The position numbers and the translations under genes are program-made. A stretch of 35,813 bases of DNA from an uncultured bacterium (GTDB lineage Bacteria; Bacteroidota; Bacteroidia; Bacteroidales; CAIWKO01): positions 1-35,813 of the forward strand of contig CAIOJS010000489.1 of NCBI GenBank assembly GCA_903858655.1, written 5' to 3'. Shown here piece by piece: positions 8,746-19,046 of this stretch; position 1 is the first letter of the stretch, and each line of letters starts with the position of its first letter. Under the pieces are notes generated by a model. The model ran no database searches. It worked only from the letters and a program-made list of their open reading frames with translations, and had not been told where the DNA came from.

Positions 8746-11700
8746 TCAATTCTTGACAATCTTATCCGAATAGGTATGTATTTTATCATCAATATCAACA
8801 CCGCTAAATCTGAAATAGTAAATGCCCGAATTTACATCAACACTCTCCCACTTAACTGTATGCGCACCGGCATCCTTCGGGCAATTGTCAATATGCCCCA
8901 TATTTTTTCCTTCAGATGTAAATATGTCAATATAAATCTCTGTCATATTTCTACTTAAAGTGTAATAAAAACCAACGTCTTTTGTAAATGGATTGGGACT
9001 TGCATACACATTGTCAATCCAAGGTCCTTCCAAAATAATTACCTTAGTTGTTTTGCTGTTGTTGTTGGCACACACCTCGCAAATAGAATCGAGCGAGGTA
9101 ATCTTTGAATAAATTGTCAAGGTAAAGGCATTTTCTGGAATGGTAAAAGGTACTGTATAAACTACCGTTTCCTGAGCCAGCAATTGCGCATAGAATTTTT
9201 CACCGATTTTAACGGAGTCGTTCCCCATAATAGCATACACTTGCAGCCGCACATTGTTCACAGCCATGCCTGTGTTCTGAGCATACACTGTTACATTAAT
9301 CTTTTCGCCCTTCAGCGCTTCACTTTTATCAGAAGTTAGATTCGTCAGATTTACATCCGAAGCAGGAAAAATCAATAGCGTGGTGTCGGGGTATGAATAA
9401 TATTCGGTAGTAAACTGACCATTATATGAGATGTCAATTTGTGAAATTAAATCAAGGAAGTTGACGATAGAATCGCAAATCTTTTCATCCAATTTGTAAT
9501 GGAGATACAAATCCTTGCGCTGCCCGGGCGTATATAATCCCATTAAAGCAGTTGTGGTAGGCTTCGAATATGTGCAGTTTGAAGGCAAACTATCGGTTAA
9601 AACGTAGTATGCCGGACCATTTTTTATGCCCAATGTGGTGTTCAAAGCTATATCACTGCCAATATTATAGGACGAAATCAAAGCCACAATATCCAGAGAG
9701 GTGTTGGGTGCAAAAATTATCGTATCATTATCGCCCACAGGAATGCCGTTGATACTAAAGATTTTCTTGGTTAAATAGATTCTTGGACCTATGGGAACCA
9801 CACTCACAACTCCATCACTTGTAAAGTTCGAAGCGTTGTCGTAATTATAATTCAATTGTTCGCTGCTAGTAATGGGCAAATTTTCGCCCACTGGAGCATT
9901 AGAGGAATTGACTTCTCCCTGCTCAAGAATATAGATTTTTGAAGTGTCTTTAGAAGGAAAATGATGGAATGAACTCATATCAATCACTTCCTTGTTACTT
10001 CCTTGGTTATAGTTGGTAGGCAGGGTAGCCGTCATAGTAGGAAAGTCAGTATAATTTACATCATTTGCCGACCATTTTACGTTTTCCAAGCCTTTAAATT
10101 CCGAAGTGGTGTTTACGGTGATATTTGTTAAATCTCCATCGCCAATCACCAATTTCTGAAATGCAGCGATATTTCCAGTTGGAGTTTTGGGCGTGATGCT
10201 AAACTGCAACTGAGGCACATTATAACTAACAGCACCATGATTTGCACCTGTGTAATGAACTTTGTTGCCTGTAATAGTAAAAGGTATGCTATAAATTCCC
10301 GGAGGCAAACTTTCATCTATACTTATAAGAAACATGAAATAAGCCCTGCGCGTAGGTTGCAACAGATTCAGGGTGTCGCCCATTTTCACCAGAACCTCTC
10401 CATCGGGTTGATTAAAGCGCCATCCGGTGGTGAACGATCCGATTTGGTCGCCCGAATGTAAAACGGCTCCCGTATTTGGATCAGCAACCGCAGGAACCAA
10501 AGGACGTGGATACGCCACATATTTCATAACAACATGGGTGCTGCCCAATGCAGCTGGAATTGTAGGCGTTATTTTGGTATCTAACCAGTTATCATCCGTG
10601 CCATTAACCACCGTTATCATGGCTTCAACAAAGGTGCCACTTACGGTTTGAGGGAAGCCTGCAAGATCAGGATTACCGGGGTCAGCTAATGGAACTAACG
10701 TTAGTGTCTTATGGTCGAAAGCAGGATCAAAAATGGCGGGCATTGTATAAGAAGGCTCTATCAAACTGCAAGGGTCTTTGCCACCTGCATAAGTAGAAAT
10801 TGATACATCTCCATAGCCATAGCAAACATGGTAGGGATCGAAATCGCCATCGAATTCATGGGGTTCATTAAGGTCTTCAACTTTGTGTTTCAGATAGCAG
10901 GTGTCAATCCCAATTTTAACCACCGAAGGGCTTGGTGTAGATGTAATTGAAAGATCAACACCTTGCGCAAATGCCGATAATGTATGCGAGAAAATCACCC
11001 AGGGCGACCCACCGAAAATCTCTTCCACCACCAGCCAACCGCCTTTGCTGATATCCACAGGACCTTCCTTGCCTTTGCCTTCGTAAATGGCATTGATGTT
11101 GAAATGAACTTTACCAAGATCGTCAAACCAATCGCTGCCGTAAGTATTATCTGCACCGGCACACCAGCCGGAATCCACCTGTCCTGCCATGCCTGCATCT
11201 AAATGAGAAAATACATGAGGCGAGCCTGCCGGATAATTTTCTCCATTGCCTATCATGTAAGCATCATGCAAATATCCTGTGGAAGAGTGGAACCTATCGC
11301 CCGAATCATCAATCCAATCATCAATGCCATCACCATTTTTATCGCATAAAGCAGGAGGAATAAGCAATTGCGGTATATGTATATGATAGTTGAAATCATC
11401 TTCCCAAATGGAGATAGAATCGGAAGTATGCGGATTGGAAATCCAGCGCTCGAAGTTATGCCCATCCACCTGCACGACGGAATTGATATCATAACTGCCA
11501 TCTATCAGTTTAGGAAGCGTGATTTTGTAATTAGAAAACCCTTTGGGGATGTCATAAACCATATATCCAAAAACACCATCTCCAAGCGATTCAACACCTT
11601 CTGCCGCCAGCGAAGGATCGTTGAAATCAACATCATGTCCTGCATTTCTAATCCAGTAATAAGAATATTCGGTAGAAGCATCCACATTAAAAGTGATGTA

Positions 11701-14307
11701 AGCTTTGCCTTTTTCAGGCAGGGTTTGCAGTGTATTTCCAATAGTATCTTTTATGATGAAGTTATTCGTAAGGTACTCAAATTGTAATGGATTTGGGAGC
11801 GGAGCATAATACGTATAAGTGGTTCTGATGGGTGTTTTTTTCTGTTCATTGAATATCGTTTTATAATCAATATTTGAATAGTTGGAGCGCACCGGCGTAG
11901 GATTTTTCATATCAATTTCTTCACCACCCATAGATAGCACTGCAATAAACTCATTATGCGGCTGGGGAACAGTGCCTACACAGGTGTCAGTAGGTAGCAG
12001 ATGATAGTGGATGGCAGCAGTATCTATAAAAGTATAACCTTCGTAATTGTTGATGCTTTGATTGATTAACTGTACATATTTTATATGACCAGTGGAATCT
12101 CTGTCCATCCAATGTGTCCAGGAAGTGTCAGAAAGATTCGGGCTGCTCAGGTTAGGAGAATAGGGATAGAACATACCGGGAACACTTTCGGTGAGCGTTC
12201 CTTGTACATGCCCAATTCCTGCAGCCATTTTAACAAGGTCAGGAGGATCAACCCATATCTCATAAGAACAATACGGATCATACACCTGATGTCCGGGCAC
12301 CTGGTTGATGTTCCAAGTAACCTTCCAAACGCGTATTTTGTCGCCGGGAGTACCAACGTCCACAATGCCATCATTATTTAGGTCCTGCGGTCTGAGTCCA
12401 TCGTGGTTGATATCTTCATAATAAGGTATGCTATCTCCCGTGGCAAGTCTGTGCCAGGGGTTTTGCCAATAAACGGAGTCTTCTGTAAGGGTATAACCTT
12501 TAGGATAGATGGATGCTGTATCGAGCCATGCATCCGGATGCCCGTTATTACTAATATCAAATTCAGGGATACCCTGATTGTCGCTACCTTTCAACACATC
12601 AACAAACTTGCCGCCGGGAGTCTTCAAAACAGGAACATTCAGGCTATGGTCAACCCAATAAAAAGGAACATCTTTGGGTATATATTGAACATAGTGTGTT
12701 TGCTGAGCAGGGGTACGTTCCTTGTTTTCCATAATCATAAACACCTTGAAAGGCTGGTAATAAATTCCAAGAAAATTCTTCCAATTCAAATCGGCATCAG
12801 CAGCTAAATGAGCGCTGAACATCACATCGGCATAGGCTTTAAACTTCTTGTAATAATGTTTGCCTTCACCATCGGCATATCTGGTAGCATTTGTGGACGT
12901 ATTAATATAGGTGTCAAATGTAATATAATTATCTATATCGGTATGGATTTGAGATGTAATTGGCGGGGTTTTTATTCTATACACAATCACAGATTCTGAT
13001 CTGGCAGGTATATTAATCCCTGAGAATTCAACATCATTAGCATTTACTGTAGCATTGACTCCGGAGGTGAGCACATCAACAAAAGAAAAATAACCACCTA
13101 TGCTTTCATTAACCTTTATGTTGGCAACACCTACATCCGAAAGATTACGGACTTTTATTCGTATCTCAACAGTATCAACTTTGTCATAAGGAATAGCATT
13201 TTTACCAGCTATAACACCATTTGGTAAATCATTATAAACCGAACGGGTAACATCCACACTATTGGAAAGAGAATACAAGAGTGTATTAAAGGTCCACTGC
13301 AATTGTCTGCTTCCAGCAAGTATTTCGCTATTGCCGCCAACAGTAGGCAAACCTAGGTTACAAATGATTCTTCCTCCTCCTGCTTGCGGTCCTTTCAACA
13401 CAAAGATAGCCGGAGCCGAATTACTGGCAACACGTGCTACAACTTCTGCGCTCCCTGCATTTACACTAGGAACTGAACTTGCATACAGAAAATTACCTGT
13501 GGCATCTGCTGTATAGCTGATAGGATTGTTTGGACTAGTTATATTGATGCCAATAAGATTTGTACTTAAATCGGCATTAACGAAGGTGGAGAAGTCAACC
13601 GAACCGGGAGCTAAAAACCCTAGCTTCTCAATCAGGTAAACTGCAATGCCTTCAGCATAAATAGTGCCCCCTTTGTACAAGAAAGTGTCTATCTTAGCTT
13701 TCATATTCGGCGAAGCAGCAATCACACTGTCCATATAAAACATTGCGTTACTTCCTGCAACTACAAAGGAAGGCAAAATTAATAACTTGGTATTGTCATT
13801 AAGATAATTGTTATCGAAGGTGTGTTCATCCACATAGTAATACATGTCATTATAAAGATAGGTGTCGAAAGAGTTCTTAAAATACATACTTTCCCATGTA
13901 ACACTCAGATTATTTTGAGTTATGGAACTCTTGAAAACAGCCACAGTTTTCGGGTCTCTTTTAAATTGCAATGCATAATGAGATGAACTTTGCCAGTTAT
14001 AAGCACCGTAATTGGTTGATGTTACTGACGAAAATTCAGAAGGAACAGCTTCAGGAAGGATAAAACTTCCTTTATTGCTTCCCGATCCTGCCCAATAAAC
14101 AGAAAATTCGCCAAACTTAGGAAACAGCAAGCTATCCATATTGCCTGTCATTCGATAATCCAAATCTGATTTTTCGAGCGCAAGTTTGTAGGCTTTCAGA
14201 AAATCGGATTGAGTGTTATTGGTTGGAATAATAACTCCCTGAGCAAATAACATTTTAGTGAAGAATACAAAGAAGAGTATTAAAAAAGTGTATTTAACTT
14301 TAAACAT
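8746..14307 (-). CDS. Giant (1853 aa) secreted T9SS cargo protein with CARDB/DUF11-like beta-sandwich domains and Asp-rich Ca-binding-like loops
   Basis: N-terminal signal peptide (FFTKMLFAQG). The C-terminal ~85 aa (ASPNPFTKDVGFYY...GIYYFRFSG...DKIVKN) fit the type-A Por/T9SS sorting domain. CARDB-like segments include KGEKINVTVYAQNTGMAVNNVRLQVYA and VEIRIKVRNLSDVGVANIKVNE. DxDxDG-like loops include DKNGDGIDDWIDDSGD and DLNNDGIVDVGTPGD. Confidence 0.85.
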   Translation of the reverse strand: MFKVKYTFLILFFVFFTKMLFAQGVIIPTNNTQSDFLKAYKLALEKSDLDYRMTGNMDSLLFPKFGEFSVYWAGSGSNKGSFILPEAVPSEFSSVTSTNYGAYNWQSSSHYALQFKRDPKTVAVFKSSITQNNLSVTWESMYFKNSFDTYLYNDMYYYVDEHTFDNNYLNDNTKLLILPSFVVAGSNAMFYMDSVIAASPNMKAKIDTFLYKGGTIYAEGIAVYLIEKLGFLAPGSVDFSTFVNADLSTNLIGINITSPNNPISYTADATGNFLYASSVPSVNAGSAEVVARVASNSAPAIFVLKGPQAGGGRIICNLGLPTVGGNSEILAGSRQLQWTFNTLLYSLSNSVDVTRSVYNDLPNGVIAGKNAIPYDKVDTVEIRIKVRNLSDVGVANIKVNESIGGYFSFVDVLTSGVNATVNANDVEFSGINIPARSESVIVYRIKTPPITSQIHTDIDNYITFDTYINTSTNATRYADGEGKHYYKKFKAYADVMFSAHLAADADLNWKNFLGIYYQPFKVFMIMENKERTPAQQTHYVQYIPKDVPFYWVDHSLNVPVLKTPGGKFVDVLKGSDNQGIPEFDISNNGHPDAWLDTASIYPKGYTLTEDSVYWQNPWHRLATGDSIPYYEDINHDGLRPQDLNNDGIVDVGTPGDKIRVWKVTWNINQVPGHQVYDPYCSYEIWVDPPDLVKMAAGIGHVQGTLTESVPGMFYPYSPNLSSPNLSDTSWTHWMDRDSTGHIKYVQLINQSINNYEGYTFIDTAAIHYHLLPTDTCVGTVPQPHNEFIAVLSMGGEEIDMKNPTPVRSNYSNIDYKTIFNEQKKTPIRTTYTYYAPLPNPLQFEYLTNNFIIKDTIGNTLQTLPEKGKAYITFNVDASTEYSYYWIRNAGHDVDFNDPSLAAEGVESLGDGVFGYMVYDIPKGFSNYKITLPKLIDGSYDINSVVQVDGHNFERWISNPHTSDSISIWEDDFNYHIHIPQLLIPPALCDKNGDGIDDWIDDSGDRFHSSTGYLHDAYMIGNGENYPAGSPHVFSHLDAGMAGQVDSGWCAGADNTYGSDWFDDLGKVHFNINAIYEGKGKEGPVDISKGGWLVVEEIFGGSPWVIFSHTLSAFAQGVDLSITSTPSPSVVKIGIDTCYLKHKVEDLNEPHEFDGDFDPYHVCYGYGDVSISTYAGGKDPCSLIEPSYTMPAIFDPAFDHKTLTLVPLADPGNPDLAGFPQTVSGTFVEAMITVVNGTDDNWLDTKITPTIPAALGSTHVVMKYVAYPRPLVPAVADPNTGAVLHSGDQIGSFTTGWRFNQPDGEVLVKMGDTLNLLQPTRRAYFMFLISIDESLPPGIYSIPFTITGNKVHYTGANHGAVSYNVPQLQFSITPKTPTGNIAAFQKLVIGDGDLTNITVNTTSEFKGLENVKWSANDVNYTDFPTMTATLPTNYNQGSNKEVIDMSSFHHFPSKDTSKIYILEQGEVNSSNAPVGENLPITSSEQLNYNYDNASNFTSDGVVSVVPIGPRIYLTKKIFSINGIPVGDNDTIIFAPNTSLDIVALISSYNIGSDIALNTTLGIKNGPAYYVLTDSLPSNCTYSKPTTTALMGLYTPGQRKDLYLHYKLDEKICDSIVNFLDLISQIDISYNGQFTTEYYSYPDTTLLIFPASDVNLTNLTSDKSEALKGEKINVTVYAQNTGMAVNNVRLQVYAIMGNDSVKIGEKFYAQLLAQETVVYTVPFTIPENAFTLTIYSKITSLDSICEVCANNNSKTTKVIILEGPWIDNVYASPNPFTKDVGFYYTLSRNMTEIYIDIFTSEGKNMGHIDNCPKDAGAHTVKWESVDVNSGIYYFRFSGVDIDDKIHTYSDKIVKN

Positions 14308-14323
14308 AAGACCTCCGTTTTTT

Positions 14324-15250
14324 TTATTTGAATTTTTTTCTTGGTTTTTTTCGTGTAATATGTGTATTCATTTTTTCTGTGCCGCAAATAGGTCTTCCCG
14401 AATACATAGGTAAGCAATAAAAAACACTGATATTAGTAAATAGGAATTTATCGGTAGCAGAATTCCCTTTGCGGCTACCAATGCTTTTTGCTGTGATATT
14501 GTCGAGGTAATCTGTAAATGTGTAATGATAAACGGCGCCAGCTCTGATGGCAATGCCGTTGTTGAATTTAAACTCTGCCGAAAGGCCTAAAGGCACACTG
14601 AAACTAAATTGCGGCACCTTGCCAACATTATCAATATCCAGATTACGATAATTGGTTTCATATTTATAATCCCGCTTAATAATGCTTGCATTGCTCTGAT
14701 CGGTATAAGTTTCAGGCAGATTACGGATGCTGCCATCGTTCCAGTAGTAATATTTTTGTCCGGCAGTATTTTTAAGATCACCCGTAGCCGCAAAGAATAA
14801 GGCTTCAACTCCAACAAAAAGATACATGGCAAAATGGTCACGCAATTTACCGTTGTTTGCCCAATGCAAAAAGTTAAATGAAAGACCTACTTGAGGAGCT
14901 AATAGGGTTGTTTTGAAATTCAGGTTTTGGGTAGCATATCTTTCATCCCCGAGTATGTTACCCTCAAATATATTCACACATAAACGAGTTGCTTTAAAGA
15001 TATCACGTTCGGCATTCACCTGTATGCCATATCTGTAATAAAATGGAGCTTTGAGGTTGTTATTCTTTAAATCTCCGAAATAAGAAGTCATGCCAAGACT
15101 AAAACCAAGATGAAAACCGGGTTTGTTTGAACTTGGTATAGAGAAACTTTGTTCATTAGGAAAACTCAATGACGCATAGGATGACTGTATGACTATTATT
15201 GTCAAAAAGAAAATTACGAATACGTTTCGAAGATGCCTTTTCATAATCAT
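14324..15250 (-). CDS. Outer-membrane beta-barrel protein (DUF6089-like by eye), co-operonic with the giant T9SS cargo gene
   Basis: 308 aa with a signal peptide (IQSSYAS). Alternating-hydrophobic beta strands (GFHLGFSLGMTSYFGDL, GLSAEFKF, IRAGAVYHYTFTDYLDN). Its stop lies 16 nt before the ATG of the giant gene. Confidence 0.6.
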   Translation of the reverse strand: MIMKRHLRNVFVIFFLTIIVIQSSYASLSFPNEQSFSIPSSNKPGFHLGFSLGMTSYFGDLKNNNLKAPFYYRYGIQVNAERDIFKATRLCVNIFEGNILGDERYATQNLNFKTTLLAPQVGLSFNFLHWANNGKLRDHFAMYLFVGVEALFFAATGDLKNTAGQKYYYWNDGSIRNLPETYTDQSNASIIKRDYKYETNYRNLDIDNVGKVPQFSFSVPLGLSAEFKFNNGIAIRAGAVYHYTFTDYLDNITAKSIGSRKGNSATDKFLFTNISVFYCLPMYSGRPICGTEKMNTHITRKKPRKKFK

Positions 15251-15289
15251 TTTTTATGATACACAATTTCCACAATTTTAATAAAAACG

Positions 15290-15297
15290 CAAAGGTA
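15290..15297 (-). promoter_or_regulatory. -7 promoter box (TACCTTTG on the minus strand) for the beta-barrel/giant-protein operon
   Basis: Plus strand reads CAAAGGTA, a perfect TAnnTTTG on the minus strand, 39 nt upstream of the ATG at 15250. Confidence 0.45.
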
Positions 15298-15800
15298 GTG
15301 AATAATTTGGTAAAATGCAAGTTTTATTTATTATTTCATGAAAATACATGCATGAGCCTCCACCAAAAATAGTAAATAAACGCTTTTAGTAACGTGTTTT
15401 TATTTTCATATTATTTGGTAATTTCGAAATCACAATTTGAACAAGCGAATTCAATTGGTAGTTAAAAATACACTTAACTAGATAATTGCCAACTTCAATT
15501 TCCTAGTTTTTTGATTTTTCCAACAACAAACAATATGCATCTCAGTTTTTTGATTATCTTATATGTATAAATACAAATAAAAATATTTTTTTAAACACTG
15601 AGCAAAACAAAGAAAATCACAATTGAATAAAATTGGAAAGTAAAACTATTTAATTACTAATTTTCAAAAACCTTATATTCTGTTGTTATTGTATATAATA
15701 TGCGAATATTATTTGTTGTTATGATATAGTTTTAAACAAAAATCGAAATTTTTGTTCTATATAATAGAATTTTTACTAATTTAGCAGCCGAAAAGTTTTT

Positions 15801-16679
15801 ATGTCACGTAAAGAAGAACATTTTAATCGTCGTAGGCTCAACAGCTCCAGAATCACCACAATAGTAAGTATTTCACTAGTACTTTTTGCTATTGGATTGG
15901 TTGGTTTATTGGTGTTGCACACCCAAAAACTTTCCGATTATGTGAAAGAAAATATCGGATTTACGGTTTACATGAACAAAAATGTGAAAGAAGCCGACAT
16001 CGTACAACTGCAAAAAGAGTTGGATGCGATGGAATATGTCCGTTCAACGGCTTATATCAGCGAAGAAAAAGCTGCCGAAAACTATCAAAAAGAATTGGGC
16101 GTTGATTTTGTGCAGTTCATTGGCTACAATCCTTTGCATACCTCGATCGAAGTGCATCTGAAAGCAGAATATACCATGCCCGTTTTTTTCGAACAAATTG
16201 ATCAGCAACTCAAAAAGAATCCTTTAGTAGAAGAAGTGAAGTATCAAAAATCGTTGGTGAAAGATGTGAACGACAACATAAACAAGATTTCTGCCATACT
16301 ATTGGGCTTTAGTTTGCTGTTGTTGATAATTGCCATCAGTTTGATCAACAACACCATCCGCTTGGCTGTTTACTCGAAACGATTTCTGATAAAAACCATG
16401 CAATTGGTGGGCGCCACCGAAGGTTTCATCCGCAAACCTTTTTTGACAATCAGCCTTATACACGGATTAATTTCATCCTTTATCGCAATAATTATGTTGA
16501 TTGGCGTTATTTCTATATCGCGCAAAGAAATTCCGGAAATTATCAATTTGCACAGCATGGATTTGTTTTTAATGTTATTTGCCTTAGTCATTGCTCTAGG
16601 CTTCGTGATTTCATTAATTTCCACCTTCTTTGCTGTGCGGAAATATTTAAAGATTAAAGTAGATTATTTGTATTATTAA
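15801..16679 (+). CDS. ftsX: Cell-division permease-like protein FtsX
   Basis: 292 aa with an N-terminal TM, a periplasmic domain and three C-terminal TMs (FtsX topology). Sits in the conserved Bacteroidota ftsX-DUF3098-uppP-truB neighbourhood. Confidence 0.8.
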   Translation: MSRKEEHFNRRRLNSSRITTIVSISLVLFAIGLVGLLVLHTQKLSDYVKENIGFTVYMNKNVKEADIVQLQKELDAMEYVRSTAYISEEKAAENYQKELGVDFVQFIGYNPLHTSIEVHLKAEYTMPVFFEQIDQQLKKNPLVEEVKYQKSLVKDVNDNINKISAILLGFSLLLLIIAISLINNTIRLAVYSKRFLIKTMQLVGATEGFIRKPFLTISLIHGLISSFIAIIMLIGVISISRKEIPEIINLHSMDLFLMLFALVIALGFVISLISTFFAVRKYLKIKVDYLYY

Positions 16680-16719
16680 ATTTTAGCATAGATTCATTAT
16701 TAATTTCATTTTAAAAAAA

Positions 16720-17085
16720 ATGGCAACAAAAAGAAAACCAAACATTTCAACCAAACCCAAAATCTCTGAGGGGAGAAAAGTTGAGCCGGTTGTTATCCCA
16801 AAAACAGAATCAAATAAAAGTTCGATGCGATCAAAACAAGCCGCTCCAAAAGGCATTGGCTTTTTGTTTGACAAAAGAAATTATTTGCTGATGCTGATAG
16901 GCATTGCTTTAATTATAATTGGTTTTGTAGTGATGTCGGGTGGTGGCTCTAAAGATCCAAAGGTGTTCAGCGAAGATATTTTTGACACACAACGCCTAAC
17001 TGTGGCTCCTATTTTGATTTTACTGGGGTTTGCTGTTGAAGTTGTTGCTATCATGCTCAAGCCGAAACAAAAAGCAGAAGCATGA
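16720..17085 (+). CDS. DUF3098-family small membrane protein
   Basis: 121 aa with a Lys-rich N-terminus followed by [28 protein letters not shown] and a second TM. Position between ftsX and uppP is typical. Overlaps uppP by 4 nt (ATGA). Confidence 0.7.
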   Translation: MATKRKPNISTKPKISEGRKVEPVVIPKTESNKSSMRSKQAAPKGIGFLFDKRNYLLMLIGIALIIIGFVVMSGGGSKDPKVFSEDIFDTQRLTVAPILILLGFAVEVVAIMLKPKQKAEA

Positions 17086-17888
17086 GTTTAATTCAAGCTG
17101 TTATTCTTGCAATTGTTGAAGGATTAACAGAGTTTTTGCCTGTTTCTTCTACCGGGCACATGGTTTTCACAGCATCCACTATGGGCATAGAAAAAGAAGC
17201 TTTCACCAAGCTTTTTATCGAAACCATACAGTTTGGTGCTATCATTTCGGTTGTTGTACTCTACTGGCACAAGTTTTTCGATTTCAAAAAATGGAAATTC
17301 TATCTTAAGCTTTTCATTGCTTTTATCCCTGCTGCAGTAGTGGGCGTTTTGTTAAAAAAGCATATTGATACGATGCTCGAAACTCCAATTTTCATAGCAA
17401 GTGTGACACTCCTTGGCGGTATTATTCTGTTGTTTGTTGACAATTGGTTCAAGAAACCTAAGATTGAAAATGTGGACAATGTATCTTTGAAGAAATCTTT
17501 TTTCATAGGGGTGTTTCAGGTGTTGGCAATTCTTTTTCCTGGACTCAGTCGCAGTGCGGCAACCATCATTGGCGGAATGCAACAGAAACTCAGTCGCAAG
17601 GTGGCAGCTGAGTTTTCGTTTTTTCTTGCCGTGCCAACGCTTGCTGGGGCATTTGCAAAAAGTTTGTGGGATGCTTATAAAGACACGCCCGAATTATTGA
17701 CAAAAAACAACATCCAACTTTTGGCAGTCGGAAACCTTGTAGCTTTCATAATTGCTATCATTGCCATCAAGGCTTTTATTAGCTTCCTGACAAAATATGG
17801 GTTTAAAGTGTTTGGTTATTACCGTATCATATTGGGCGCTGCCATCCTACTTTTTATTATTCTAGGTTGCGATTTAAAAATTACATAG
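17082..17888 (+). CDS. uppP: Undecaprenyl-diphosphate phosphatase
   Basis: 268 aa, polytopic. Carries the N-terminal [14 protein letters not shown] motif and the later [10 protein letters not shown] motif of BacA/UppP. Confidence 0.9.
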   Translation: MSLIQAVILAIVEGLTEFLPVSSTGHMVFTASTMGIEKEAFTKLFIETIQFGAIISVVVLYWHKFFDFKKWKFYLKLFIAFIPAAVVGVLLKKHIDTMLETPIFIASVTLLGGIILLFVDNWFKKPKIENVDNVSLKKSFFIGVFQVLAILFPGLSRSAATIIGGMQQKLSRKVAAEFSFFLAVPTLAGAFAKSLWDAYKDTPELLTKNNIQLLAVGNLVAFIIAIIAIKAFISFLTKYGFKVFGYYRIILGAAILLFIILGCDLKIT

Positions 17889-17889
17889 T

Positions 17890-18591
17890 ATGTTTTTTCA
17901 TTTCCTCGATGGCGAGATCATTATAATTAACAAACCTTACAAATGGACATCTTTTGATGTCGTAGCAAAGATTCGAACGATGCTCAAGTATCGTGTCGGC
18001 ATTAAAAAAGTAAAAATTGGTCACTCGGGCACGCTCGACCCTTTGGCAACGGGATTATTAGTGATATGTACCGGCAAATATACCAAGCGGATTGAAGAGT
18101 TTCAAAATCAAGATAAAGTTTATACAGGTACTTTTCATATTGGAGCCACAACAGCGTCTTTTGATTTGGAAACAAAGATCAATAAACGATTTGACATCTC
18201 GGAACTTACTCCTGAAGCTATTATCGAAGCATCAAAAACTTTCATCGGAGAACAGGAACAAATTCCGCCAATGTTTTCTGCTGTTAAAATTGATGGCAAA
18301 CGTGCGTATGAAATAGCGCGTCAAGGTCATGAAGTGGAGTTGGTAGCCCGACCAATTACTATCAAACGTTTCGAGATAAAAGACATTAAACTGCCCTACG
18401 TTGATTTTGAAGTGGAGTGTACAAAAGGCACTTACATACGCTCTCTGGCAAGAGATTTGGGCTTGGCATTGGACAGTGGTGCACATCTAACTTCTCTGTG
18501 TCGCACATCTATCGGTGATTTTTCCTTAGCTGATGCCGTGACTCTTGAACAATTGGAAGCCTTGGTGATTCACGATTTCCAACAAAAATAA
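17890..18591 (+). CDS. truB: tRNA pseudouridine(55) synthase
   Basis: 233 aa with the catalytic motif GHSGTLDPLATGLL and the downstream YSAVKIDGKRAYE-like segment (FSAVKIDGKRAYEIAR). Confidence 0.93.
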   Translation: MFFHFLDGEIIIINKPYKWTSFDVVAKIRTMLKYRVGIKKVKIGHSGTLDPLATGLLVICTGKYTKRIEEFQNQDKVYTGTFHIGATTASFDLETKINKRFDISELTPEAIIEASKTFIGEQEQIPPMFSAVKIDGKRAYEIARQGHEVELVARPITIKRFEIKDIKLPYVDFEVECTKGTYIRSLARDLGLALDSGAHLTSLCRTSIGDFSLADAVTLEQLEALVIHDFQQK

Positions 18592-18612
18592 AAGCTCCCT
18601 TGCGGAAGCTTT
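18592..18612. terminator. Possible bidirectional hairpin terminator between convergent truB and the DUF2795 gene
   Basis: AAGCTCC-CTTGC-GGAAGCTT is an imperfect hairpin immediately after the truB stop, flanked by A and T residues. Confidence 0.4.
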
Positions 18613-18635
18613 AATAATTGTTATTACTCGGTTTT

Positions 18636-18857
18636 TTAATACTCATCTTCGTGAAAGAAGAAATCCTCCTTGGTAGGATAATCGGGCCAAATATCTTCAA
18701 TGCTTTCGTACACCTCGCCTTCATCTTCAATTTCTCGTAAATTTTCTAATACTTCGGCAGGCAAAGCTGACCTCATAGCATAGTCAAGTAGTTCATCTTT
18801 TGTTGCAGGCCAAGGGGCGTCTTCTAATTTTGAAGCCAATTCTAGAGTCCAGTACAT
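18636..18857 (-). CDS. DUF2795-family small acidic protein
   Basis: 73 aa. The segment WPATKDELLDYAMRSALPAEVLENLREI matches the DUF2795 pattern (FPAtKdeLi.yA...gap..vl..L). Confidence 0.65.
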   Translation of the reverse strand: MYWTLELASKLEDAPWPATKDELLDYAMRSALPAEVLENLREIEDEGEVYESIEDIWPDYPTKEDFFFHEDEY

Positions 18858-18880
18858 ACTTCTCGGTTTTAAATTTTTTG

Positions 18881-18888
18881 CAAAAATA
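18881..18888 (-). promoter_or_regulatory. -7 promoter box (TATTTTTG on the minus strand) for the DUF2795 gene
   Basis: Plus strand reads CAAAAATA, a perfect TAnnTTTG on the minus strand, 23 nt upstream of the ATG at 18857. Confidence 0.5.
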
Positions 18889-19046
18889 TATCTATTTTAT
18901 ACACAAAGTCAAGTTAAAGATTCATTCTTGTGTTAAAAAATGTTAAATCGTTTTCTTTTGTGCTCAACTTATGTGTTTTAATCGTCATTATTAGCATAAC
19001 GCAAATGTTATATTATATATTGAGTGATTATTGTTTTTTTTTTAAA

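Noticed and set aside
15801-16679. ftsX without an adjacent ftsE as an anomaly.
   Set aside because: As far as I recall, the ftsX-DUF3098-uppP-truB arrangement without ftsE is the usual Bacteroidota layout, so it is not unusual for this lineage.
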